DNA from: Ruditapes philippinarum
Lineage: Eukaryota
Direction of reading: 5' to 3'
Length of the DNA stretch: 64,000 nt
Assembly (NCBI RefSeq): GCF_026571515.1
Contig: NW_026861919.1
Coordinates: 124,001-188,000, forward strand
Shown: positions 38,179 through 51,453 of the stretch, one piece after another
How the letters are laid out: each line of letters begins with the position of its first letter
Position numbering within the stretch: position 1 is the first letter of the stretch
Notes under the pieces: generated by a model
Database searches by the model: none
What the model saw: only the letters and a program-made list of their open reading frames with translations
What the model was told of the DNA's origin: nothing
Position numbers and translations under genes: made by a program

Positions 38179-41100
38179 TTTTTTAAATTTCACTGATGGT
38201 TTATCAGAATATAATCATTTGATAAATTACAGTAAAACTTCGGAAAACATGAAATAATTGCATATTAAATGTTCTCATTTATTTTTATAGGATTTGACAT
38301 TAAGATAATAAAGGAAAGTTTCTGTAACATTTTATTTTACTATAAAATTATCAGCCTTAATATGTTGGATGTCTGTAATATTTTTCTTTTTGTAAAACTT
38401 GTATCAAGCATACATCATCTTGAAATTTTATTGATTTGTTTATATGAGAACATATAAATTATTTTGCTTACTTTTTTGCATAGTTAAAAGTATCATTTCA
38501 GTTACACATTTAAATTCGTTACTGTAATGGTGGTGCAAAGCTGAAAACATAATAATACATATAAGGAAATTTAGAATTTAAATGTAATTTTAGTAAAGAC
38601 AGGTTCATCATTCTAAGCCTTAGTCTACATAGTTATCATTTCTTATCAGTAAATTTATTATCATTTTGGTCTCACAATTTACCGTATTGTATTTATTAGA
38701 TGCTGACGTATTGCTGTGAATTAACTTGTTTATGGATCTTTTTAATGCTATTGTGGGTTAAAATGTCAACGTCTTCATGTAAGATGACAACTGTAAGCGT
38801 TTTATGCATAATAAATAAGAATTAAGCCATTAGAGTGCTTGGCATTTTCTTGAAAAGTTCAAATAAAACAGAGAATGGAACAAACAGACAAGTATTTTCA
38901 TTATCACAAAAAGCTTTCATATAAACAATTACGGGTTAGCCCAGTCGATTGAACAAATATGGCACTTTAGATTCAGGCAAGAAATGTTAACAAATTGCTA
39001 GAATGTATATAACTGATAAAATATCATGCTGATGTTTTGTCTAAAGGCGTAACACTGTGATAGATTATGCACATCTTCAGTGAGGTGTTACAACCTTTCC
39101 TTCAACTCATTACAAAAAGTTTATTCTAAAACAAAAGATACATGGCCGAGCAATTTTAATTTCGGTGTTTTGATACATCAATAGATTTACGAAATGCTTC
39201 TTTAAAAACATTTTTTAGCAAATTCTGAAGAAAATCTACTTTGCAGACTTCAAACATACTCATTATGTTAGTGTTTCTTCTAAGTAGAACATTTCTCGTA
39301 TTTTAAAGTAGTTTATATCTACTGCTTATTTTTACATATGACTTTACCTTAATAAATTTGTAAATAAAATATGAACCAATTAAAGATAGAAATAGAGAGG
39401 TAATTGTGTGAAAGATTGCCGATAGATCTAGGTCACCTGTTAAAACAACAAGCAACATTTGAATTGTTAAAGATTCCGAAAATGATATCAACTTTTTTAA
39501 TTTCTTTTGATAAAAACAACAAAAGCAAACAACAACAACATACAAACAAAAACAAAATCAACTTTTGTTACAAATCACGGAGACTTCTTCAATGGTTTGA
39601 TTATTTTATAAATATCAATTTAATTAAGTGCGGACTATAATTTACGTTGGCTCCGATCTTAGCTATGTTACGAGAGTTAGAGGTGAAATGAAAATTTCCT
39701 ATTAATTGTTACAGATGTAACATATGTTACAAGTGTTACATCACAAGCCCTTGAAATGGTCAGAAATCGGCATCAGTAGGGTTACATAGATAAACACATT
39801 ACTATTGATTACAGACTCAATCAAACCGAGTCAGCAATTCTCATGTAATTTTTAATGCTTCCGAGGGATCACTTTGTTTCGAGATATTACTACATAGTAG
39901 TGACAGCATTGTTACACATGTAATGCGAATGGGAATGGAACGATTATTTTGTACTTAATTGTTACAATTGCTTTCATAACATATATAAGTATGGGAGTAA
40001 GGTTTACACCTTTTACATGGGTTACATTTATTTGACGTACATGTTACTTGGCGTTATTCTTGTAATATACTACATTAAGTGTTTCATTATATTGCGCCTC
40101 CCTGTTTATTAAAACTATTATCTTTCACAGGTAACTGATTATCAAATCGTAAGGCAGTCACTATTGAACGATGTCTGTGTCGGTTAATGTGTTAGTTATA
40201 AATTCTGTTGTCCAATACAAGATATAATGTCGCAAATCAGAATATGTAAAGTATGTAATGCAAATACTTGTCCACATTATGAATTGTAGTCATTAAAATA
40301 TATCCATTCATTTCTTCTTGAAAGATTTGACTTAGACTTTATAGAAAATAAATTTTAAGTACCCCCCTTTATTAACAAGAAATATTAATTCGGTAATATC
40401 TGTACAAAATATGCTTTTTTGGAACTTATAATATATATAAATCTTCATTTGAGCATTATATTTATAATATAAAACCATAAACATATTGTGTTACAGGATC
40501 TTTAAGATACTTTGCTTATGGAAAGATTTACAGGTGTGTTCAGAGATGGTGCAAATATAATTTGTAAAAGGGAACTAGAGGTTAGGAAGTAATCGTGTCA
40601 CCAACAGCTGTCAAAAGACATCATTAAAAACAAGCAACATATCTTCGAAAAGAAACTGTGCCTGCGGAAAATCCGTACAAAAGTTGATACAACAAATAGC
40701 TTATTTGCAATGTTTAAGCAACACATATACGGTATCTAATGCATATTATCATGATTGTTGTATTTGTTAAGAACATAAGGAATTTCATATTATTTATTTC
40801 GTATTTACTTGCTAGACAAATCAATTGATTGACCATTCTTGGGGGCAATAATATATATTCATTCTACATTAAATACGCATCTTAAACATTATCATTGTTT
40901 GGGGAATTATATGTCCAGATCACGTGATAAAACTTTTATGATATTCTTTTCTTCCTTGATACAACAAGATAACAGATAGAATAATTTTAATATTGCCGTC
41001 ATGCTAAACCAGTGATAAAAGCCCATTTGGATTCTATATATATTTATATGTGTACAATACGTACCTCTTACGATGGAGAGAGAGGATGTGAAACTGTTAT

Positions 41101-44100
41101 GATGAAGGTCAGACAAAGTTAAAAAGTGTTTTTGACAGGTGAAAAAATTGTGTCAATTAGAAAGGTCATAATACATTGATGGGTACAATTCTTAACTAAT
41201 GAAGAAACTCATACACAGATGCAAAACTTAACTCGAACTCGGCTAGCCTTGTCTTATATAGGTTTTGAGCAGTTTACTCCTCTTTTAAACTTTTATTGTT
41301 TTCGTAAAAGAATTATTGCAATTCCTTCCTTTAATTAAATTGACGTGATTGTATCTAGAATCTCAGACCTTTGGGGCGTTTGGGTATTATTATTGCGTGT
41401 TATTGAGGCCAAATCTGAAATTATATGACAAGGATCTATATCAATTTTGTAAAGTTAGAATTTGAGGTCTTGGAACTCACGTCTTTATAATAATTGTTCA
41501 AATAATATGAAGAGAAGAAGTTATTGCTGCTTTAACAATCATATATACATTGAGATGATTCTTGTTATCTTTTAAATAACAAAATCATTTCTTGTTTGTA
41601 ATAAATGAATGATATTAACAAATATTTGATTGATCAAAAAGTAAACATAACGATAAGCAAATTTTTTTGAAACATTATTTTATTTTCACTTGGACATACT
41701 GCATGACGCCGACAGCGTTCTCCTACCAAATGTAATGTCTATCTCTTAAATATAATATTGGCGCATACTGTTTCTTTTTATGCCAACATATCCCGACACT
41801 CTTCTCATATACGGACACATCAATTCTTAAAATATTCAAGAAAAAATAAAATGACAGATATACGATTGACAATATAACAAAATATCATGTTAACAAAAGT
41901 AATACCATTATTAACATTTGATATTTATTTTCTAGACACAACTTGTTATATACATTCGTCTTGGAAGACAATAAAAATGTACAATTTATGTCTGTGTATT
42001 ATGTAAGCGTCTTTAGCTTTGTTGGTCTATTGGGAAGTTTCAGTAGATAAAGGAAGGTTGAATAAATTGATGATGTTCAAATCAATAAATATACAGACTT
42101 CATAAAATGTTATCTTTTCATATAAAAATTCAGGAAATCATTATATGGAAGGAAACTGAGTTTCTTAGGGAAGTATTCCTTTCTCGAGTAAATAACTATT
42201 CAGTTAACATAACGTACACACAAAAAGAAAATCCAAATTAGTTGAAGCATTTATATGAGATCAATGGACCCTGTCGTTATTCTATAGGTATATATCTTAT
42301 GGCAAAAAGCAGTGTAATTTGACAACAAAAATGAATTAAAATATGATAAATCTAATGGTAAAGCAATTTTTTAACGTTATTTAAGAACTGCAAATTTTCA
42401 TTCAACTTTTGCCATATCACACCTGAATATAAATACTGCTTGGCATTTCTTAACAAAAAATCAAATAAAGAATGGAACAAACAGACATATGCTTTGGTTA
42501 TCTCAAGTGATATGAAATCTTTCCAATTTATAATTCACTTATTGTGTAGGAGAGATTGAGAAATTACATTTCAAATAATTGAACTCCTTTACATTTAGCC
42601 ATTAGGCTTCTTGACAGTTGATGAAAACATCAAACAAGTCATATAAAACATAAAATTGATAAAACAGTCAGATAGTATAGTTATCGCAAAATGATTTAAT
42701 ATCAATGATTAAGAATTAGTTATATTGAGATAGAAAATTAGAGAGAGAGAAAAACAGAATGCCTAAAGGAGACGCCGAAAAATAGAAACTTTAAAAAGGT
42801 TGCAGGCTCGGTTTGGTTTAGCCGGTTCATATACGGCACTGGAAATTAAAAACCTCCCCCCCCCCTACACACACACACACATATTCTATCACCGGCATAA
42901 GCAGTATCCAAGATTTAAATACGAAAATGGCAAAATAGTGGATATACCCCAGTGTCGTTTCTGTCTGAAATGATATTCTGAGGGGCACATGAAGTCTTTC
43001 TCCACCAGTAAAGTTGAAATCTACCATATGATCTCTATTTTGTTAGTGTAACGTAAAACCCGATATATTTCTGGTTTATAATATAATCTCAGACGTTCCG
43101 TTTGTTTTTCATTCACATAGAAATCCTCACACATCACAATGCCTTCTGTTGACCTTTCAATATAACATATATCTTTTAAAACAGTATACTGAATGAATCA
43201 GAATTCATAATATGAAATAATGGATGCATGAATAATATTGTATTCCAGTGTAATAGTGTAACATAGGAATATATAAATTATATAAAACTTTCAATTAATC
43301 AACTTGAAGGTGGTTTCTTTGTGTTGGGAATTATTTGGATGAACTCTTATCAACTTATTTATTTGTACATTGTATATAAACAATGAATGGTATGATAAAG
43401 ATATGATTGGTACGAACCAATCTCTCTCAAACCTATTACGAGGTAAATAAAAAGGGTTAACAAGTTTGGTTCTCAAAATATATTATCTCAAACGTGCGAA
43501 TTTCATTTATAAAAAGATAAATAACTTTCAAAGTCAATGTTAGTAATATATCTTATTGTCTCAATATGTAATATATTAAGATACCTTGCACATAATATAG
43601 GTGCAGTAACAAATTTCAGTTATTTCTAATTAATTTTCTTCTTAGTTTTAAATATCTGACATTTAAAAAGGAATAATGTGCCTGTGAGTACTAATGCAGA
43701 CAAGCGGCGTGAAACTTAAACAATATTTTATTTATAAACATTTCATTTACATGATTTAACATTTTATACTAGCAATCTAAATATCTAGAATATTGCAAGA
43801 ATCATAAATCACATAAACGTCCAGACAGATAGAGATCTTAAGACAAAAATTAATGGATATCTTGAAACACTTTGCCAGTAAATATTTAAGAAAAGCATTG
43901 AATGTCTACTGTTTCGACATAACTCTTCATATTTTTTCGTCAAGGGGCAATATCAAACATATGTAAGCGTCTAATATTTCATTGTTGTTTTGGATCAATA
44001 TGGAAATATTGTTTTACTAGACAAAAATATCAAATTTTATGCAAAGGCACTTTAATTCATATTTCTATTTTACATATTTCATTTGATTTTACTTTCTTGC

Positions 44101-47020
44101 AATAGCATCGGTTAGAGTACTTTAACTATCTTATTACGGAATCAACCACCGTCTGACTCAAATCAAAATATTTTTTTTTCTCTGACAAATAGTATAAGCG
44201 CTGCAAAGACAAACTATAATTAATGTTTTAAAAGCGATGCAATATGCATAATAATATGACTTAAGGCATAAATGTGTATAGAGGAAAAAGTCAAATACAA
44301 TGAGGAACGGTCTAGTCGATAGTGTACTGTCTAACAGCTTTAAAGTATTGACAGGATTATATTCTTAAAATTATATTTATAAGACTCACTGCTCTCTTTG
44401 ATTTTAATTGCTTATTTCTTACACATCATTCAGTAACCATTAGGGTTTTAAAATTTAGATTAACATAAACTGTATTGAATCTTTTATTCGCGCAACACCT
44501 TACTGCAGTACACTTAAATATATGCAAAGTTAATTTATTGAGCACACTAATAGACGCAGAGAGACTACTTAGTACCAGTGAAAGTCAATTACAAAACCGG
44601 TTCAATATCAATATAAGTGGTTGCTCGACTGTTATCACGGAACCTTCAGCGTTACAATTTTGTTCGGTGAAAAATATTTTTGATGTTCTAATCGAAAACG
44701 AATAGATAGTGCTTAGTAAAAAATAATTATGAAAAGGTAATTGAGCTTAAGAAGTAGGCGTGTCACTGACAGTTGTGTGTCAAAAGGAAAAAATAAATTC
44801 AGGCAACAGTTTGTTACGAGGATTAAAACGAACAGGAACATTGGACCATCTGCAGAAAAAAGAACAAATAGTAGACTAGGAAAAAATTTCAAACAAAAAC
44901 TAGGATGTATAACTTTGAAGCCTAATGAATATTATCAAATGTGTTTATTTAACAAATAAGTAATGCCCTACTATTATTCATTTCGTATATACATTGCCTA
45001 GACAAAATGAGTTGATGGTTCAGTCTTGGGAACACTATAATATTGAAGTTTCTATATTACATATGCATCTTAAACATAATCGTTCATTAGGGAATAATAA
45101 TATACCGAGAAAGAGGAATATAATTTTCTGATATCTTTCCTTTCTTGATACGACAAAAACTAATTGTTGTAAAAATATATATAAAGATACATTTCCATAG
45201 ACCTGGCACATAACTGTAAAACCGATATTGAACTCGACTGAAACCTCGTCAGGTATAGGTTTTATAACCTCGTATGATGGAGGAGTTAACTATTGTACTC
45301 AACAATGTAAAACAAACTCATTTTTTTCTCAAATATAAGCAAACTGCAACAAACAAACAAGTTTGCGATACACTGGCTCTCGAATCCTTGTAAAATCTGA
45401 AATATAATTGTCTTGATAAAAAAGCTGCGTGGGTTTAAACGTAAGCCGTTGTTCCCATGAACAAAAAAACAAAACAAAACAAATACACTCATTGGTTATA
45501 ACTGTTTGTTCCAAGGAACGGATTCGAGAGATTGTATATAAGCTTATAGCTTCTTATCCAATCAAAGTAAAATTAATTCTGCATAAACTTAATTAAATAC
45601 TGTGATCTTGAATAACAGGGACGTCATAAGTTTTGTATTACTGTGCATTTTTTTAATGTCGAATGTTGAATGATTGGTCATGGATACAAATAAATATTTA
45701 TAAGGGTTAAACGTACAAAAGTAAAGTTCAGGTCTGGAGACCATGTATTCAAAAGAATAGATTTACTTAGTATGAAATTAAAGCAAATAAGATTGATAAA
45801 ACTGACCAAATGATTTTGGTCACTCTTACAATACCATTATAATGTTACACTAAATGACTTTATTTGAAGGTAAATAAAATGACTGAAAAGTTTTTGAAAA
45901 TTGTGTATTTATCATCAAGTTTTCCAACCACAAACTATGTCTATGACTTTTACTTACTGTTTGCGCATACTGCTACATTTTATGCCACAATATTCCTTTT
46001 TACGGACAGGCACCCATAAATTTCTAAAATAGCCGAGACAAAATAAAACTACAATTATATGTTACCAGTACAAAAATTGATAGCAATATATAATATAAAC
46101 CTAATGTAAAACAAAAGTAATACAAATATTATTAGCATTTCAAATTTATTGACTAGACGATAATATATTGATGTAAGTTGTACAATTAATGTTAAAGTAA
46201 TGTTACATTGTTAAGTTCGAATAAATAGTACATTAAAAAGCAAAGTCTGTTTCGTTTTAAACACATTGCATGAATTCTTATAACTAAAGTAATCATTTGG
46301 AACTATGTAAGCCAGAGAAACAAACAATTCACTATTTCTTTTCAGTAAAATTCAGAATTTTAATAACGTAAATAGGTTGAATAGATTCAAGTGTGTGTTT
46401 ACCGATACAAAATGTACACAATTCATTATCTACATTTTTTGTCTTTCTACTTATTTTGTGCAAGGATCTAACCAAATACACCGAAATCTTCACGCAACAT
46501 TCTAAACAAAATAATCTGAATAATGTCATGTCACGATCAGGCAGCATTTGAATATTTACATTTATGCCAGTCTATCCGTCGGTCAGATTGCCACCCCCAC
46601 CCCCAATTTAATATAACTATAATTTCCATCACAAACTATTCTTGTTTGATATAAGAAATCACAAAAGTCAAGTAAGAGGTACTGAAAATGTAAATTGATA
46701 TTTAATTTTTATAATATGATTAAAAACTAAATGCATTTGCAGTCCGATATCAAACCATAGTACGACATGAAAAGACATTATAGATCAAGATGTAATAGAA
46801 CAGACATTCATTTGGCTTCCAAATCAATTTCTTTCGTGTCTTGTAAAATGTCAGAAATGTGATACTAATGATGATTTCATACATATTAAATCTTTCGTTC
46901 ACGTCAAGGCATATGTTTCAAGTCTTCATAAACTGATGCGTAATTTGGCACCAATACTTTATTAAAAGTTTGCAGGATTCTGAAGTTTCAATTAGAATGG
47001 CCGGTTAAAGAGTTTCTTTT

Positions 47021-48062
47021 GGTTTAAACATATTTTATTCTTTCTCACATAAGCATATTTACATACATAATTTACAATTAAAACAAGAAAAGGATTAGAC
47101 TGGAAGCAACATAATGCTTATTGAAGTCTTTTCCCAATGTACAATAAATATATGTGCTAAATAAGGCGAAATAAATTGTCGTTTGTTGACTTAGAAGGCT
47201 GATGTGTTACAACTTGCATCGAAAATGAATAAATAAATATAAGATATATCAATTATTTAAAGAAAAGCAAAATAAGACTAATAATGATAATAGTTTGATA
47301 AGTTCAGATAGAAAGAAGAATGAGATAGAAAAAGAAGGAGAAAATAAACAACAGAAAAAATGACCTGTGATTTAACCCTTAATGATAGTTGAAAATTATT
47401 GGAGAGTCAAAGCGATTCGATTTTTCAATATATTTATGAACTGCAGGGAATATTTTCTCATTATCTGAGTCTGTAAGTGTCGTGTTACCAAACAGGATGG
47501 TTTTTAGTGAAACATGACAGTATGTGCTTATACAGTTTATCAACTGAGGTCTTATGTTTTTATAAAGAGGACAGTCGAGAAAAAAATGACGAGTTGTTTC
47601 CCTTTGTCCACAGACGCAAAGAGGCGAAGGTATGATATTCTTAGAAAAAAGGTCTTCAGCCAAAGAGCTACAGTTGGTCCTCAGACGTGTGTGGAAAATC
47701 TGGAGTTTTCTTTTGCCATAGTAAAAATATTTCGGTGGCTTTTGAATGTTAGGAGATATACTCTTTTTAAATGACGATAATGTTGGAGAGTTGCGAACGT
47801 CACTTTGAAGACTGTTAAAGGCTCGAGTTGTGGATGGCAAAAAGGAATTATAATATAGCGTGGTACGAGCTCTAGGAGCCCTGTAATAGTTTTGATTTCG
47901 TAAGTTATATGATTGTTCATTGGTGGAAACTTGAAGCATTTCAGAAAGATAAGGAGGGGCAAGATTTTTGGTCATTTTATAAAAAAGAACAAGTTTGTGT
48001 TGGTTACGACGAGATTCGAGGGATTCCCACCCTACCTCGGACATAAGTTTGGAAATTGACAC
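47021..48062 (-). mobile_element. 5'-truncated non-LTR retrotransposon (CR1/L2/Jockey-group-like) with 10-bp TSD
   Basis: AGTTTCTTTT at 47011-47020 and 48063-48072; the empty site is at 18171-18180. It carries the ORF2 C-terminus and a 3' UTR ending AATAAAATATGTTTAAACC. Confidence 0.93.
47379..48062 (-). CDS. C-terminal fragment (227 aa) of a LINE ORF2 reverse-transcriptase protein; 5'-truncated
   Basis: Motifs GWESLESRR..HKLVLFYKM, PPYLS, YYNSFLPSTTR.FNSL, HTRLR and C-x-C...H-FFLDC zinc-binding motif typical of the post-RT region of CR1-type LINEs. No stops or frameshifts. Confidence 0.9.
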   Translation of the reverse strand: MSISKLMSEVGWESLESRRNQHKLVLFYKMTKNLAPPYLSEMLQVSTNEQSYNLRNQNYYRAPRARTTLYYNSFLPSTTRAFNSLQSDVRNSPTLSSFKKSISPNIQKPPKYFYYGKRKLQIFHTRLRTNCSSLAEDLFSKNIIPSPLCVCGQRETTRHFFLDCPLYKNIRPQLINCISTYCHVSLKTILFGNTTLTDSDNEKIFPAVHKYIEKSNRFDSPIIFNYH

Positions 48063-48584
48063 AGTTTCTTTTGTGGTCTGTATCTCGGTCTGTATGTAAA
48101 ATTAAACAATTTTTTCTGTTAAACAGTATATCAGATTCTTAATATTTTTAACTTTATGTCTAAATTTCAACACAGCTAAATATAAGTAGGCATCATTTTA
48201 GTATAACTTAAGACAATTAATCATCAAATGTTCAAATCGTACTGCGAACAACCAAGCATAAAGGTTTAATATATAAATTTATGATTTTAGCATACTAATT
48301 AATATAGATGATTTGTTAAAAGTGCAATTTTAGCATGTAGTTTTTTTATAATACCAGTTAAATGTATTTTCTACTTAAACATTCAATGGTTTCTAAACTT
48401 AAACATTTTCAGGGGTTGTATCATGGTCTTATTGTTATGGTTTTCTTTTTTTCATGAAGGACTATAGGATGTAAAGGAAAATAGATCAATTAGTAAGATT
48501 AATCAAAAAGCTTAATTTTCCGCCATTATTGTTTAGCTTGATCTATCACAAAACAATGTGCACGTATACTGTTATATGAAAGTA

Positions 48585-49065
48585 CATTAATTTGTATATG
48601 TTAGTACAATATCGAATAAACATAACAAACTCCTGTTCACTTTGTAATTCCGTGAAAACTTATATCGGTACGTCATACAAACAAAACACAAATTGACAAC
48701 TTTCATTTATTTATAAGGATTTAACTCAATACAGGATTGGAGCAGTACCTCTAGACGCTTGCAGAATATCGATTAAACATAACAAATTCCTGTTTACTTT
48801 GTAATTCCGTGAAAACTTATATCAAACAAAACACAACTTGACAACTTTCATTTATTTATAATCCCATCAATCAAGGAATAACACTTTGGATGACAGTTTT
48901 TCTGTGCTTAGACTTCTTTAAGGAAATTGATTTCAGATAATAGACGATAAGACGATTTGTATTGTTATCTGAAATAAATTGACTGAAGACAGAGATTCAG
49001 GCGTTTGTTAATTTGTGACGAAATGGGACTGACAGACTATTTATAATGATAATAGTAAGGTAGAG
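48585..49065 (+). repeat. Conserved block C, copy 4, with internal partial tandem duplication and a small deletion
   Basis: 48608-48716 is repeated at 48767-48860 around a ~50-bp foreign insert. TTTCGCGTCTTGT is missing at ~48968. Confidence 0.8.
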
Positions 49066-50414
49066 GTAAACACATTAAAATAGCTTACTGTCAAATGATG
49101 AAAATTACAGGTGTATGTATTCATATCGTCTAATGGTACTGAAGTTGTTGATTGAAGAAAATAGCAAAAGTTATCTTCAAGAAAACAATTGATTGAAAAA
49201 TTAAGTATGCAAACTAAAATATATAAACTGTGAACACGATTATAGCTTTGGTGTACATTGAAATAAAGGGTTAAATACTATGTTTTACAATTGATGCATG
49301 CACTTGAATACTTTTTAAATACATATAAAATATAAAAGAAAAAACAACAGCTATGTAAGTACGTAAATTGATACTATAACGAAAATAGAATGCAGTTAAT
49401 ATAACTCGATTAAATTAAGAGGATTTATAATTTATAAGGAAATTGAAATAGATAAGCAAAAAAGAAATAAAAATGCGAAATGAACAAAAGAACTAACCAA
49501 AAACATAAACTGAAGCTATAATAATAACATTTCTATTTCACACACACAAAATACAATTTATGTGAGATCAAATATGAGCATTCGGGTTGAATCGAGAAAT
49601 CTTTATGTGAACTTTTCCGTCGCACCAACACAATATAATGGGATCTAAACTCAAAATGGAAAGGAGCAAGTCGTTTTTATCAGAATCACAATAAAATGGA
49701 GAATGCAAAATGAAACTGCAATACCAATTTGCAATGTCTCTGTGTTCTTTATTTATAAATGCGATTCATTTCATGTTTTCCAATTTAATTTCTTTTGTAA
49801 TGGTTTATGCTCGTGATTATCAATTGCGTTTTGCACCCCTTTCAAACGGACAAAACACTTCAGTCTATGATGCATATCTTGCTAGGGTACATGATCATTA
49901 CGTTGTATCACACGTTTTTTATTTATTAAAATACAACTTTAATTCACAAAAAAGTGATGAATATAATTGATCGTAATAATATTTCGACCTGTTTTATATT
50001 ATGAAAAAATCTGATATAATTGTCACATGTATTGACTTGAAATAAAACTGCAGTTTAATTCTCGATTGAACTAAACTATTTTACTGTTTTATTGATTCTA
50101 TGTTTTGTTTGATGTTGAAATGTTATGAAGCCTTATGACTTATTTCTTATTCATTATTCAAAAGATGCTTACCACTGTCAGCCTACGTCTTTTGGCTGAG
50201 AATACGTTGTCGACATTTAACCCTGTATGAAATGCAGTTTTCTTTTGGAACTTAAAAATGCCAAAGAGTACTTTATCATTTCAGGAACAAAAGGTTAATT
50301 GAAGGAAAGTTATTAGATGTTTTAAATACCTTTTTCCAATCTACGTATTATTTAATGATATGTCATCTTTTTTAATATATTTACACAGTCAAACTAAAAT
50401 CTAAACAAAACAAC

Positions 50415-50460
50415 AGCAACAAAAGAAACAACAACAATAACAACAACAACAACAACAACA
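50415..50460. repeat. (AAC)n microsatellite, expanded relative to 21030-21055
   Basis: caacaacaataacaacaacaacaacaacaac. Confidence 0.85.
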
Positions 50461-50623
50461 AAAGCATTCTTATTACTTGAAATCGTGTTACATTTGAATA
50501 AAATTTAAAGAAATCTTTTTTTATAATATAACTGACGCGATATTTCCACTTGTATGAAACAATGTACGGACGAGTGATAACAAACATATTTCCTTCAATC
50601 ATACAGATCCCAAGGTAAACGTA

Positions 50624-51453
50624 CGAGGGGTTATCCAAAAATTCGTGGACTTTTTAAATATCTTTTGAACGTCAACGTGTATTGTAATGAAATTTTATCA
50701 GCATACATTGTAGAATATTATCAACACGTTTTAAAACAAACAGTTAACTGCTTTAATAAATAATGATTTTATATTGCTTTTAAATAAGCACATACACGGC
50801 ACCCGGCTCACGGTAGGAAAGCACAGTTAGTCATCATATATTTTTTGCTAAAAAACTACTAATTAACGTAGAAAACTCGGTTAACAACGCATATTTCTTC
50901 TAAGATGTCATTTAAGTAATTCTTTAAAATTATGGACGTCATTTCCGTTAATTTTTGTTGTAATCGCCAGAAACGCCAGAGGACGATATTGTGTACAACG
51001 GGAAAATGACGGACACGCAGAAATTAGAAAATAGCGTGATCATAAAATTTTGTTGTGATTTGGGAATGACACCAACAAAAACATTTGAAAAAAAAACAGC
51101 AGGCGAACAGAGAAAATAAAATTTCACTATCATTAATGTTTAAGTGTCATAAAAAATTTAGTGGTTGACATTACTTTGTGAAGCAGTAATAGTTATTGAC
51201 TGCGTAACGTTGAAGCATAAATTGTACGTTAAATATTATGACGTTGACGACAATAACTTTTTGGAGTGCGCCGCTGTCGCTGACATGTGTTTATGTAAAA
51301 TTAAATATTGTTGTAATATAAGAAGCTACTAACATGAATTTTTCTTTGTTTATTTGTTATTTATTCTTCTAAGCAGTGTAAGAATTTCAAATCAATATCC
51401 CAAATATATTTTACGCAACAAAGAAAGTCCACGAATTTTTGGATAGCTCCTCG
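50624..51453 (+). mobile_element. Internally deleted Tc1/mariner element with ~30-bp TIRs and TA TSD
   Basis: TA|CGAGGGGTTATCCAAAAATTCGTGGACTTT ... AAAGTCCACGAATTTTTGGATAGCTCCTCG|TA. Empty site AAACGTATAGTTGC at 21271. Confidence 0.93.
51006..51120 (+). pseudogene. Mariner transposase N-terminal HTH remnant
   Basis: Translates as MTDTQKLENSVIIKFCCDLGMTPTKTFEKK, matching the 'VIKFC..LG.TP..T' start of mariner transposases; inside the TIR element. Confidence 0.75.
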
